Assembly (NCBI GenBank): GCA_965242965.1
Contig: OZ251518.1
Coordinates: forward strand, 4,512,001-4,576,000
DNA: 64,000 bases
Source: Candidatus Poribacteria bacterium
Lineage (GTDB): Bacteria > Poribacteria > WGA-4E > WGA-3G
Direction: 5' to 3'
A program made the position numbers and the translations under genes. Shown piece after piece: positions 29,801 to 39,367 of this stretch. Each line of letters opens with the position of its first letter. Position 1 is the first letter of the stretch. Below the pieces are notes generated by a model that did no database searches, had not been told where the DNA came from, and saw only the letters and a list, made by a program, of their open reading frames with translations.

Positions 29801-30081
29801 GCGAATTGGCGACGCTTCGTGCGTTCGGGTTCCGCCGCGCGCTGTTGTCACGGATGTTGTTCCTTGAGAGCACTTTTCTCCTCGCTGTCGGGATGCTCAT
29901 CGGCATCGTCGCCGGGCTCGTCTCGCCACTCGCTGAACGCGGTTCGCTACCGGCATTTCCGTGGGTATCGCTCACAATTACCTTGCTTTCAATTTTCATT
30001 TTTGGTATAATTGCAAATGCAATTGCGGTTGCGGTGGCCCTCCGAAGTCCACTTCTTGCAACCCTCAAAAAGGAACTGTAG
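26821..30081 (+). CDS. ABC transporter permease with two FtsX/MacB-type domains
   Basis: ALLVGDS, EQRSREAGLLRAVG, ERRGELATLRAFG; ATG 26821 (MLKNL) preferred, the ORF is open from 26776. Confidence 0.88.
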   Translation: MLKNLKHFWQIHLTVALCTAVATGVLTGALLVGDSVRGSLKALTLERLGPIEHALIADRFFSPALLRRQNMVPAILLNGVVVAPEKQTRVSKVNVLGVNDAFFQFWEGETVPSATGAEGTRQIVINEALHRELNVQVGDALLVNFPQAVDIHPEFLFGQRDASETIQSLRLTVSEIIPTQNAGRFSLWPHQSLPLNAFISLPFLQKALGQEGKVNALFTAEPMPISPSELAFTLDALGLKIREHETHFELQSEQYLLKPSLSDIALSVATELSVATENGIPVLPTLSYLANTITANGKTIPYSTIVALPIDEEAFGVTLAEDEIILNTWAADELEVEIGHGVDITYYRISADEEYITETAHFRLKAITPIQGLAADQGIIPDFPGIHDTADISEWESPFPIDYSRIRAQDEAYWDEYRATPKAFITLATGKRLWKNRFGDITSLRMKTAPATRTQFETALLEKIQPEQVGFQFLSLRADGLQAASGTTDFGMLFSGLSILIIFSVAYLIDMLFRIGVEQRSREAGLLRAVGYPLAKIRLRFLAEAGILAGVGTLIGCVFAIGYAQLMLFGLKNWWLPAIGTPFVELHVRAASLLIGMLITLGVVLFSIQFTIFRLGKSPPALLLAGASDFAEAGPQPKTAAMIAKGKKVTRIFFISTFCLIILAVIMGDYFKDWEITKLWEDWIDNPISKLLASAIGTIGVGWLAFETWLISQKVPKHFTRRRFAFKNAARHPAQSNGCVMMMSFACCIIVAVGVNRQEAPPQTPYAFVAEAVLPLHHNLNTEDGRFELGFSDKDSQLLSQSEVVPFRMLPGEDVSCLNLYQPQKPQILGISDALLDEEPWQKILRPGDAVIALADENSVRWVLHLEPEDNLVVKDEFGNPLSLHLHTMQNSLFQSQLIISESNFMKFFPSQSGYRYFLIKTPPELREATAQVLEKTLGDYGFDVTSASARLASYRNVANTYISTFQSLGGLGVILGTFGLALVLFRNALERRGELATLRAFGFRRALLSRMLFLESTFLLAVGMLIGIVAGLVSPLAERGSLPAFPWVSLTITLLSIFIFGIIANAIAVAVALRSPLLATLKKEL

Positions 30082-30672
30082 GTGGAAAAACCGATGCATC
30101 GACGTTACCGAATACTCGCAATCATCCTCGTGTTTGCAACACTCTTCGGTTGTTCCGAGGATCCGGAGGATACTACGCCAACCGCGCGCTCACACGTGGA
30201 GAAAGGGTGGCGTTTTTATCAGGCAGGCGACTATGCGCAGGCACTGCTCAGTTTTGAGCGCGCCCTCAACTTCAATGAGGAATTTGCCGATGCGCATAAT
30301 GGGGTAGGCTGGAGTCACCTGAGTCTGTCGTTAGCTATCCCCGTCGCGCAGGAGGCATTCCAAAACGCCGTTCGGCTTGATGCCTCCAATGCGGATGCCT
30401 GGGTAGGCCTCGCAAACCTGCTCTATTTGCGGCAGAAGGATACATCTGATTTCAGGGCGGCACTCCGTGCAGTGGATAACGCCATGAACGCCGATGCACA
30501 CTACCTCTATCGCCACGACTATGACTCTCCCGCCGGGCTTCATGCGCTCACGGCGGCGTGTTACTACTACCTCGGCGAGACGCTGAACGCAAGACAAGCG
30601 ATGGAGAAGGCACTCAGCGTTGATTCAGAAAACAGCAGCGCGCGCGCACTTGACGCGCTCCTGCAAAAATAA
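30082..30672 (+). CDS. Tetratricopeptide-repeat lipoprotein
   Basis: LFGC lipobox; TPR-like ADAHNGVG, ADAWVGLA; start may be ATG 30094. Confidence 0.8.
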   Translation: MEKPMHRRYRILAIILVFATLFGCSEDPEDTTPTARSHVEKGWRFYQAGDYAQALLSFERALNFNEEFADAHNGVGWSHLSLSLAIPVAQEAFQNAVRLDASNADAWVGLANLLYLRQKDTSDFRAALRAVDNAMNADAHYLYRHDYDSPAGLHALTAACYYYLGETLNARQAMEKALSVDSENSSARALDALLQK

Positions 30673-30690
30673 TAAAAATAGGAGAAGGAA

Positions 30691-31590
30691 ATGGCTCAAA
30701 ACGTTTTAACGGCAACAGAATTAACTCACTTCACACCCGCGCATCGTGGAAAAGTGCGCGACCTGTATGAACTCGGGGATGAACTCCTCATTATATCTAC
30801 GGACAGGCTTTCGGCGTTCGATGTCGTTTTGCCGAACGGCATCCCCGACAAAGGCAGAGTGCTTACCGGATTGTCCAAATTCTGGTTCGATTACACCGAA
30901 TCTGTCGTCGAAAACCACCTTATCGCAACGGAGGTAGCGGATTACCCGGAGGCACTGCACGTTGACGCGGAAGTCTTAGCCGGGCGTTCCATGCTCGTCC
31001 GGAAAGCGGAACGGATTGACGTTGAGTGCGTCGTGCGCGGCTACCTCGCCGGTTCAGGATGGGCATCGTATCAGAAAACGGGGGAGATTTGCGGACAAAA
31101 ACTCCCCGCAGGCCTTCGAGAATCAGAACGCCTTCCGGAGCTCCTCTTCACACCGACGACGAAGGCGGAGCACGGCGAACACGACGAACCTATCTCTATT
31201 GAACACATGCGCGATGAAATAGGTTCGGAACTCACCGACAGGTTAATCGATGCCAGTTTCGCGCTTTTTAACGCCGCCAGCCAGCACGCCGAAAACACCG
31301 GTATCATCCTCTGTGATACCAAGTTTGAATTCGGACAACTTAACGGCGACTTGATTCTCATTGACGAGGTATTCACGCCGGATTCCTCGCGTTTTTGGCC
31401 TGCCGATTTATATGAACCCGGCAAGCCGCAGCAGAGTTTTGACAAACAGTTTGTCCGGGATTACCTCTCCGAAATCGGCTGGAATAAGCAGCCGCCTGCA
31501 CCGGAACTTCCGCCCGATGTCATCGCTAAAACCAGTGAGAAGTATCGGGAGGCATATCGTCTCATCGTTGGCGAGGAACTTCCTGCATAA
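30691..31590 (+). CDS. purC: Phosphoribosylaminoimidazole-succinocarboxamide (SAICAR) synthase
   Basis: GKVRDLY, TDRLSAFD, ECVVRGY, DTKFEFG, DEVFTPDSSRFW, FDKQFVR. Confidence 0.97.
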   Translation: MAQNVLTATELTHFTPAHRGKVRDLYELGDELLIISTDRLSAFDVVLPNGIPDKGRVLTGLSKFWFDYTESVVENHLIATEVADYPEALHVDAEVLAGRSMLVRKAERIDVECVVRGYLAGSGWASYQKTGEICGQKLPAGLRESERLPELLFTPTTKAEHGEHDEPISIEHMRDEIGSELTDRLIDASFALFNAASQHAENTGIILCDTKFEFGQLNGDLILIDEVFTPDSSRFWPADLYEPGKPQQSFDKQFVRDYLSEIGWNKQPPAPELPPDVIAKTSEKYREAYRLIVGEELPA

Positions 31591-32792
31591 TGGCTACCCC
31601 ACTTGACGGAATCAAGGTGCTCGATCTCACCCGTGTCCTCGCCGGCCCGTATGCGACGATGCTTCTCTGCGACTTGGGAGCCGAGGTAATTAAAATTGAA
31701 CAGCCGGGAACCGGAGACGAATCTCGGAACTTCGGTCCGTTCAAAAACGGGTTTAGCCTCTATTTCATGAGTGTGAACCGTGGGAAGCGAAGCATCACGC
31801 TCAATCTGAAGACGCAGCGCGGGCGCGAGATATTCATGCAGCTCCTCAAGCAGTGCGATGTTGTGGTGGAGAATTTCCGTCCGGGGACGATGCAGAAACT
31901 CGGTTTGGATTACGACACGCTCAAAACGTCGCATCCATCGCTCATTTATGCGGCGTGCTCCGGGTTTGGCCAAACCGGTCCGCACGCACAGCAGGGTGCC
32001 TATGATATGATTATTCAGGGGATGGGCGGCATCATGAGCATCACGGGTGAGCCGCCCTCTCCGGACGAAAAGCGCGCGCCGGTGCGCGTCGGCACGTCTA
32101 TCAGTGACATCACCGCCGCGCTCTTCACGACAATCGGAATTCTGTCCGCGTTGCATCACCGGCATCAAACGGGGAAAGGACAGTTCGTGGATGTCGCGAT
32201 GCTGGATAGCCTCGTCGCCGTTTTAGAGAACGCTGTTGTCCGCTACTTCGCCACGGGTGAGGTGCCGCAGCCGCTTGGAAGTCGGCACCCCGCGATTACG
32301 CCGTTTGAAGCGTTTGCCTCTGCAGATGGACATGTGATTATCGCCATCGGCAACGATACGCTTTGGGAGAAGTTTTGTGAGCATGTCGATAGAAAGGAGC
32401 TCATCTCAGATGCGCGGTTCCGCACTAACGCCGACAGGACATCAAACCACAGCGAACTCTTCCCAATCCTCACAGAGATCTTGCGTCAACGGACAACGGA
32501 TGCATGGATAGACGCTCTTGAGAAAATCGGTGTGCCTTGCGGGCCAATTAATGCGATGGACAAAGTCGTCACTCATCCGCAGGTGCAAGCGCGGGAGATG
32601 ATTACACAGGTGGTGCATCAGATTACGGGGACAGTTGCGGTGCCGGGTGTGCCGATAAAACTCTCGGAAACCCCCGGTAGTGTGGACGCGCCTGCGCCGA
32701 GCCTTGGGGAACATACCACCGCAGTCTTGACAGAATTGTTAGGCATGCGCCTTGACGAAGTGGAAAGGTTAAGGCAGGAAGGAGTTGTTTAA
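31590..32792 (+). CDS. CoA-transferase family III (CaiB/BaiF)
   Basis: PLDGIKVLDLTRVLAGP, NRGKRS, ENFRPG, SGFGQTGP, APSLGEHT. Confidence 0.95.
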   Translation: MATPLDGIKVLDLTRVLAGPYATMLLCDLGAEVIKIEQPGTGDESRNFGPFKNGFSLYFMSVNRGKRSITLNLKTQRGREIFMQLLKQCDVVVENFRPGTMQKLGLDYDTLKTSHPSLIYAACSGFGQTGPHAQQGAYDMIIQGMGGIMSITGEPPSPDEKRAPVRVGTSISDITAALFTTIGILSALHHRHQTGKGQFVDVAMLDSLVAVLENAVVRYFATGEVPQPLGSRHPAITPFEAFASADGHVIIAIGNDTLWEKFCEHVDRKELISDARFRTNADRTSNHSELFPILTEILRQRTTDAWIDALEKIGVPCGPINAMDKVVTHPQVQAREMITQVVHQITGTVAVPGVPIKLSETPGSVDAPAPSLGEHTTAVLTELLGMRLDEVERLRQEGVV

Positions 32793-35018
32793 ATGAACAC
32801 ATTACCCGGAACGGCTCCCTTAACGATGGAGGGAGACTTAGCCGCGCAGATGGTGGAGGCACTCAACGTCTACGTGACACAAGCGAACGCGGCTGCCCCT
32901 GAAAAGCGCGAAACCTTGTGGCATCGAGATGAAAGTTCCCACGGCGCGTATGCCGAATCCGTTGAACCAAATCGGCAACGGTTCAGAAAACAGATTGGCT
33001 GTGTTGACGCGCGACTGCCGATTGACGCACTCACCTACATTGCGACGACGAAGAACGCCGTGCCTCTCCTAAAAACGGAGACTTACGTCGTTTCTCGCGT
33101 CCGCTGGCCCGTTTTTGACGGAGTTGAAGGCGAAGGGCTCCTCTTGGAACCTGTCGGCGAACCTGTCGCGCAAGTCATCGCCTTGCCGGATGCAGACTGG
33201 ACACCGGAAATGATAGCCGGCATTACCGACGAACTCCCGCCGCAAGCGCAATTCGCGCGGCGTTTGGCGGAATCCGGGTGCCGCGTTGTCGTGCCGGTAT
33301 TGATTAACCGCGACGATACCTATTCCGGCAATCCTGCAATCGACGCGATGACAAACCAACCGCATCGGGAATTTATCTATCGGATGGCGTTTGAACTCGG
33401 CAGACATATCATCGGATATGAGGTGCAGAAGGTGCTGGCGTTGGTAGACTGGATGTCGGCTGAGGAAGCACCCATCGGCGTTATCGGCTACGGCGAAGGT
33501 GGGCTCATCGCGTTTTATAGCGCGGCGGTGGATACGCGCATTCAGTCCACGGTTGTCAGCGGCTATTTCCAATCGCGGCAGGAAGTCTGGCGCGAACCGA
33601 TTTATCGGAACGTCTGGGGCCTCCTGCACGAATTCGGCGATGCTGAAATTGCGAGTCTCATTGCACCGCGCAAGTTTATCGTTGAGGCGAGCCGAGGGCC
33701 TGAAATCGCCGGTCCGCCGCCAGCACGCTCGGGCCGGAGTGGCGCAGCACCGGGACGATTAGTGTCGCCACCACAAGATTCGGTAGAATCGGAATTTCAG
33801 CGCGCGCATCCGTTTTATCAACGTCTTGGTTGTGAAGATGCGCTGCGTCTCATCATTCCTGAAGATGGATTACCGGGTGCCGATGAGACGTTAAGCGTGT
33901 TCCTCAATGGTTTCGGTGCGCGCTTAGAAAGTGCGCCTACCGTGCTGGAGAAAAGCGCGTCTACCGAACCCTTTGATGATGCGGCGCGCCAGCATCGGCA
34001 ATTTATGCAGCTCGTCAATGTGACGCAACGCTTCTTGCGGGAGGCGGCATCGCGGCGGAAAGCGTTCTTCTGGGATAAAACCGATACCTCTTCGCTTGCC
34101 AAGTGGGGGGAAAGTTGCGCCGATGCCAAGACGTATTTATGGGACGAGGTTATCGGACGGTGCCCGGAACCCGATGTCCCTATCAATCCGAGGACGCGCC
34201 TTCTCTACGACGAACCGCGTTGGCGCGGCTATGAAGTGGTGCTTGATGTGTGGGAGAACGTTTTCGCTTACGGCATCTTGCTCCTCCCGAAGGGGATTCC
34301 TGAAGGCACGCAGCGTCCCGTTGTCGTCTGCCAACACGGATTAGAGGGGAGGCCGCAGGATACCGCCGACCCGAGGGTAGACTCTGTCTATCACTCTTAC
34401 GCGGCGCAGTTGGCGGACAGAGGGTTTGTTGTCTACGCGCCACAGAATCCGTATATCGGGCAGGATGCGTTCCGCGTCATCCAACGCAAGGCGAACCCGC
34501 TAAAACTGTCGCTGTTTTCATTCATTGTTCGGCAACATGAACGGACGCTGGAGTGGCTGACAGCGCAACCGTTCGTCAGGACTCATCGCGTTGGATTTTA
34601 TGGGCTCTCCTACGGCGGTAAAACGGCGATGCGCGTGCCGGCGTTGCTCAAGGGTTACACCTGTTCGATCTGCTCCGCGGATTTCAACGAGTGGATTGTC
34701 AAAAACGCCACTTACGACTCGCGCTATAGTTACATGTTCACCGGCGAATACGAGATGCCAGAGTTCGACCTGGGTAATACGTTCAACTATGGCGAGATGG
34801 CTGCGCTCATCTCGCCGCGGCCGTTCATGGTAGAACGCGGCCACGACGATGGTGTTGCTCCCGATGAATGGGTGGCGCACGAATACGCAGTCGTGCGGCG
34901 GCTTTACGTTCAACTCGGCATCGGTGATTGGACAGAAATTGAGTTTTTTGACGGTGGGCATCAGATTAACGGCGAAGGCACGTTCCAATTCCTGCATCGG
35001 GCCCTGAATTGGCCGTAG
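32793..35018 (+). CDS. Tandem alpha/beta hydrolase (dienelactone hydrolase / acetylxylan-esterase-like)
   Basis: Two domains; second has CQHG, nucleophile elbow GLSYGG, D and GGH; first has degenerate GYGEGG. Confidence 0.8.
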   Translation: MNTLPGTAPLTMEGDLAAQMVEALNVYVTQANAAAPEKRETLWHRDESSHGAYAESVEPNRQRFRKQIGCVDARLPIDALTYIATTKNAVPLLKTETYVVSRVRWPVFDGVEGEGLLLEPVGEPVAQVIALPDADWTPEMIAGITDELPPQAQFARRLAESGCRVVVPVLINRDDTYSGNPAIDAMTNQPHREFIYRMAFELGRHIIGYEVQKVLALVDWMSAEEAPIGVIGYGEGGLIAFYSAAVDTRIQSTVVSGYFQSRQEVWREPIYRNVWGLLHEFGDAEIASLIAPRKFIVEASRGPEIAGPPPARSGRSGAAPGRLVSPPQDSVESEFQRAHPFYQRLGCEDALRLIIPEDGLPGADETLSVFLNGFGARLESAPTVLEKSASTEPFDDAARQHRQFMQLVNVTQRFLREAASRRKAFFWDKTDTSSLAKWGESCADAKTYLWDEVIGRCPEPDVPINPRTRLLYDEPRWRGYEVVLDVWENVFAYGILLLPKGIPEGTQRPVVVCQHGLEGRPQDTADPRVDSVYHSYAAQLADRGFVVYAPQNPYIGQDAFRVIQRKANPLKLSLFSFIVRQHERTLEWLTAQPFVRTHRVGFYGLSYGGKTAMRVPALLKGYTCSICSADFNEWIVKNATYDSRYSYMFTGEYEMPEFDLGNTFNYGEMAALISPRPFMVERGHDDGVAPDEWVAHEYAVVRRLYVQLGIGDWTEIEFFDGGHQINGEGTFQFLHRALNWP

Positions 35019-35025
35019 GAGAAAA

Positions 35026-36090
35026 ATGCTTTACTCCATCATTGTCCCCGCGGGGCTCGAAAATATCGCGCGCGAAGAACTCGCGGAACGTTTCGGCAAC
35101 AAGGGTAACCTAAAAATGCTCGCGCCGAAACCGCAGCGCGTCCTATTCCACTATGCCGGTAACCCGCGCGAACTCCTCTCATTGCGGACAGCGGAGCATC
35201 TGTTCCTCGTCGTTAAGAAACTGCCGAAGATGAGCCGCTCGCGCGGCTCTTTGGCGGCACTGAGCGGCTCACTAGCACGCTTTAATTTCAGCGAAACGTT
35301 CAACTGCTGCCGACAGATGGGGCTCAAACTTCGCAAGCGCGTGACATTCCGGGTAACGAGTCGCCTGTCAGGGCACCGCAACTTCCGTAGACTCGATCTT
35401 CAGCGAGTCGTCGAAAGGGCGTTGCAGACGCACGGATGGCACTTGACAGCACCGAACCCCGCACTGGATGTCTGGGCAGAAGTGCACGGCGACGATGGGT
35501 ATATCAGCGTCCGACTCTCACCGATTGAAATGGCGCAGCGCGCCTATAAACGGGTGCATATTCCCGCCTCCCTCAAACCGCCGCTCGCCTACAGTATGGT
35601 GCGGCTTTCACAACCGCGTCCGAACGACGTGTTTCTGGACGCGATGTGCGGTGCAGGCACAATTTTGCTGGAACGCGCATTTGCCGGCCGCTACCGCTAT
35701 CTCATCGGCGGCGATATCTCCACAGAAGCGTTGGATGCCACCGTGACAAACTTCGGCAGGCAGCATCAACCGCGCCAATTTTTCCATTGGGATGCCAGCG
35801 CGCTGCCGCTCCAACCGAAAACCGTTGATAAAATCGTCTCTAACCTGCCGTTCGGTGAGACACACGGAGAAGCATCACGCCTGACGAAGTTGTATCGGGA
35901 ATGCCTCCGCCAGTTTGAGACAGTGCTGAAACCGCGAGGCCGAATGGTGTTGCTCACCTCGCAACGGAGACTTCTAGACGAACTCCTCAAACAGCGGCGG
36001 AAACTCAAGGTTACGCAACGGTTGTCGGTGGACGTGCGCGGCATGCGCGCGTGGATTTATGTTATCGTATTGATTAAGGGGGTTTCATGA
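35026..36090 (+). CDS. THUMP-domain class I SAM-dependent RNA methyltransferase
   Basis: N-terminal GLE, ASLKPPLA, LDAMCGAGTI, GGDIS, NLPFG. Confidence 0.88.
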   Translation: MLYSIIVPAGLENIAREELAERFGNKGNLKMLAPKPQRVLFHYAGNPRELLSLRTAEHLFLVVKKLPKMSRSRGSLAALSGSLARFNFSETFNCCRQMGLKLRKRVTFRVTSRLSGHRNFRRLDLQRVVERALQTHGWHLTAPNPALDVWAEVHGDDGYISVRLSPIEMAQRAYKRVHIPASLKPPLAYSMVRLSQPRPNDVFLDAMCGAGTILLERAFAGRYRYLIGGDISTEALDATVTNFGRQHQPRQFFHWDASALPLQPKTVDKIVSNLPFGETHGEASRLTKLYRECLRQFETVLKPRGRMVLLTSQRRLLDELLKQRRKLKVTQRLSVDVRGMRAWIYVIVLIKGVS

Positions 36091-36149
36091 CTCGTTGAGG
36101 TGAGTTGCCATTCGCGCTTAGAACCCGTTTTAACGCTGCAACGGCATGA

Positions 36150-36705
36150 ATCTGCCCGTAGGAGAGACCTCCCGGTCTCGATGTGGCGCGTATCGGGACA
36201 AGGATGTCCCTCCTACCGGAAGGCATCGGGCCCACATCTGTAGTTCGGGAGCACCTGCTCCCGAACGGGTCAGGATCAGGCGATCCTGACCTACAGAGGT
36301 GATGCGGTCTGCCAGCCAAACGCATGGCGAGGGACAGGCCCTCGCGCTACGGTTACGGACGGTTTTTCGACACGTATGAAATTCGCGAGGGACAGGCCCC
36401 CGCGCTACGGTGTCCGAGGGGTTCGCGAGGGACAGGCCCTCGCGCTACGGTTGCGGCCGTTTTTGATACGTATAAAGTTCGCGAGGGACAGGCCCTCGCG
36501 CTACGGTTACAGCCGGTTTTTCGACACGTATGGAATTCGCGGGGGACAGGCCCCCGCGCTACGGTGCCCGAGGGGTTCGCGGGGGACAGGCCCCCGTGCT
36601 ACGGTACCCGAGGGGTTCGCGAGGGACAGGCCCTCGCGCTACGGTTACGGCCGGTTTTCGACCTGCATGAAAGTTCGCGGGGGACAGGCCCCCGCGCTAC
36701 GGACG
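36150..36705. repeat. REP mosaic including an 8-copy tandem array of GCG(A/G)GGGACAGGCCC(T/C)CGCGCTACG
   Basis: Copies near 36327, 36385, 36424, 36480, 36539, 36579, 36618 and 36677, separated by two recurring linker types. Confidence 0.9.
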
Positions 36706-36716
36706 AAAAAGGCGTA

Positions 36717-37802
36717 TTATATCTCCGGCACGCGCACTGCTACCTCTTTCCCGGCTTCGTGCGAACGGAAAATGCCATCCATAATCACGTTCGTGAGCAG
36801 CACTCCCTCCGGCGGAATTGGCGAGGACCCGTCCATCTTGACTGCCTCACGGAAGGCAGACATCTGTGCTTCCCACACATCTACCTCTGGGAAACCGGAG
36901 AAACGGATAGTCGTCATGCCTTCCGGTGGGTTCGGTTCCGCCGTGAGTCCTTCCGCCTCAGCCAACTTCTTGAGCTCATCGGTATACGCATCGGCATAGA
37001 CAACGGGGCCATCCAACGAAATTCCCGCTTCCTTGCCGAGGCAGAAGTTGCCGCCAAGCGAGTCGTTGTGAATCGCCCACGAGATCTTGAATACCATCAC
37101 GCCGCCGTTTTCAAACCGCACCCACGCCGCTCCGAATTCCTCAACATCCATCACGCCGCGCCACCTCGGGTCTTGCTGCGAAATGTGGTTTTCCGTGATG
37201 GCGGAGACGCGCACCGGCTTCGGATACCCCATCGCATACAGCGAGTTGTGCATGTTGTAAACGCCGATGTCCACCGTCGCGCCCGCGCCCGCTGTCTTCT
37301 TATAGATGAAGGTGTGTCCCGGATTGCCGCGCCGCCTGCATCCCGCAGATTCAGAATAGTAGATATCGCCGAGTAACCCGGCATCGACTACCTTCTTCGC
37401 GAATTGGAGGCGCGGGCTAAACGTGCTGTGAATGCCGATCTGCAAGATTTTGCCGGAGGCTTTCGCTGCGCGCACCATTGCAGTGGCATCCGCCAACTTC
37501 GCCGCCATCGGTTTCTCGCAGAACACATGCTTGCCCGCGTTCAACGCCGCCACCGTCGGCCGGCGATGTCCCTGATTATACGTGCAAACGCTCACCGTAT
37601 CAATGCCGTCCATCTCCAGCATCTTGTTGTAGCTGGTGAAGACGTGCTTTTTTGGAACGCCCCATTCCTCGGCGGCTTGCTGCGCCTTACTCTTGACAAT
37701 ATCACACACTGCGACGATTTCAAAACCGCCGGCTTTTTCGTAGGCTCTCTGGTGCGCACGTGAAATGCCACCCGTGCCAACGATACCTACTCGGATAGTC
37801 AT
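36717..37802 (-). CDS. Gfo/Idh/MocA family oxidoreductase
   Basis: VGIVGTGGI, GKHVFCEKPMA, GATVDIGVY; start 37802 follows AGGAG; ORF extension is REP DNA. Confidence 0.93.
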   Translation of the reverse strand: MTIRVGIVGTGGISRAHQRAYEKAGGFEIVAVCDIVKSKAQQAAEEWGVPKKHVFTSYNKMLEMDGIDTVSVCTYNQGHRRPTVAALNAGKHVFCEKPMAAKLADATAMVRAAKASGKILQIGIHSTFSPRLQFAKKVVDAGLLGDIYYSESAGCRRRGNPGHTFIYKKTAGAGATVDIGVYNMHNSLYAMGYPKPVRVSAITENHISQQDPRWRGVMDVEEFGAAWVRFENGGVMVFKISWAIHNDSLGGNFCLGKEAGISLDGPVVYADAYTDELKKLAEAEGLTAEPNPPEGMTTIRFSGFPEVDVWEAQMSAFREAVKMDGSSPIPPEGVLLTNVIMDGIFRSHEAGKEVAVRVPEI

Positions 37803-37844
37803 GGTGTCATCTCCTTTTTTCATTGATGCAAAATCTTCTTGTCT

Positions 37845-38130
37845 TCCCGTAGGAGGGACATCCTTGTCCCGATTTCCCGTAGGAGGGACATCCTTGTCCC
37901 GATGATGAATTCCCGTAGGAGGATTTTCCTTTGTTCGAGACCAGGAGGTCTCTCCTACGGTTGTTGCCTTGATACACCGTAGCGCGGGGGCCTGTCCCCC
38001 GCGATCGCTCGACCCGCGCGAAAAACGCACGCAGACTAAGGCCGTTTTCCGTTCCGAGCGGGTTTCCCCCGCGATCACCGAAGGGCTCTCCTACTGAGGA
38101 TAATCGAGACCAGGAGGTCTCTCCTACTGC
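37845..38130. repeat. Intergenic REP mosaic
   Basis: Tandem GTAGGAGGGACATCCTTGTCCCGAT plus GAGACCAGGAGGTCTC and GGGGCCTGTCCCCC hairpins. Confidence 0.85.
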
Positions 38131-38165
38131 AGATAACTGAATACACATTTTAAACGCGATTCGGT

Positions 38166-38195
38166 TTGCAATGCAAGCGAAAAATGTGATATACT
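38166..38195 (+). promoter_or_regulatory. Sigma70-type promoter
   Basis: TTGCAA-18-TATACT with extended TG upstream of 38236. Confidence 0.5.
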
Positions 38196-38235
38196 GATTA
38201 TAGAAACGCAGTCCAAAAGTAAATAGGAGGAAAAC

Positions 38236-38880
38236 ATGGATACGCAAACCGGTTTCACGCGCGGGATTAACACCCGGTGGGTTAGTAATCCAGAAGGCTT
38301 CGTCTTCGGCGAACGTTATCGCGAGTTGCAAAAGGCGTGTGAAAAATGTTGTGGGTGGCATCTGTTATTGCCGCTCGGCACTGCTGAGAAATACTACCTG
38401 CGCGGCATCAGCATTCCGAATGCGGATGCATCGTGCGATGCGGCGCAGACGGTGATAAACCTCGCGAAGTTACTCGTCGATTCGTTAAATGACGATGCCC
38501 TGAAACGGTTAATTCCGCGCCAAAAGCGCGAGGAACTCAACGGGCTTTGGGGCATTGCGCTGCTTGAATTTGCCCTGTCTTTCAATGCGATTCAGGGGGC
38601 AGATGTTCATATCGCGTTTCTGCGGAAACTTCAGTGCCTCCGCGCCGATGGGAACGTGTGCAAATATCCGCTGGTAGAAATTATTGACGGTGCCACGGAT
38701 GTTCTGGATTACTTCATCGCGCTTTTAGAGAATGGCCGCATTGAGGCGATTGTCAAGCGAAATGCTAGAGATACCGTGAACGCGCTCTTTGCGGAAATTC
38801 GGGCAGGCTATACCGCGGGTAAACCCGATGCTTCTGTCAATCATGACGAAGTGATTTATGAGTTGAAGGCGAAACCATGA
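38236..38880 (+). CDS. Hypothetical protein with antitoxin-like C-terminal tail
   Basis: Strong AGGAGG RBS; ATGA overlap with the PIN gene; ends PDASVNHDEVIY. Confidence 0.6.
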   Translation: MDTQTGFTRGINTRWVSNPEGFVFGERYRELQKACEKCCGWHLLLPLGTAEKYYLRGISIPNADASCDAAQTVINLAKLLVDSLNDDALKRLIPRQKREELNGLWGIALLEFALSFNAIQGADVHIAFLRKLQCLRADGNVCKYPLVEIIDGATDVLDYFIALLENGRIEAIVKRNARDTVNALFAEIRAGYTAGKPDASVNHDEVIYELKAKP

Positions 38881-39293
38881 TTTTTGTTGATTCTGGGGCA
38901 TGGATTGCGGTGCTGAATCCGAAAGACCGGCACCATGAAGAGGCGAACGCAACTTTCGCCGGCTTGCATCGGAACATTACACTCGTAACGACCGATTATG
39001 TGATTGACGAAACCGCGACTCGTCTCCGATATGACACCAACCACGCGCTTGCTGTCAAGTTCTTGGATGCTATTGAAGAGTTTGAGATGTCCGGGGATTT
39101 AACGGTTATAGCAATCACTGCCGAAGTGTTTCAGGAAGCAAAAGCCCTTTTCCGGCAACGCAATTCTCCGCGGCTCCGGCTCTCATTTACGGATTGCACC
39201 AGTTTTGTGGTGTGCTGGTCGGATGTCCGCATCACGAAGGCTTTTGCTTTTGACGAGGACTTCCCGAAGATGGGGATTCCTTTGCAGCGGTGA
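38877..39293 (+). CDS. vapC: VapC family PIN-domain toxin
   Basis: IFVDSGAW, DRHH, TDYVIDE, SFTDCTSF, AFAFDEDF. Confidence 0.92.
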   Translation: MIFVDSGAWIAVLNPKDRHHEEANATFAGLHRNITLVTTDYVIDETATRLRYDTNHALAVKFLDAIEEFEMSGDLTVIAITAEVFQEAKALFRQRNSPRLRLSFTDCTSFVVCWSDVRITKAFAFDEDFPKMGIPLQR

Positions 39294-39367
39294 GGAGAGT
39301 GCAAATAGGATTTCTGCATCTCTGCACTGTAAAGAGGGGAGGCTCTTCACATCCCCGATCGTTCGTG

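Noticed and set aside
36325-36705. CRISPR array
   Set aside because: Linkers are recurring variants of two sequences with unequal lengths, the repeat is a dispersed REP, and no cas genes are in the window.
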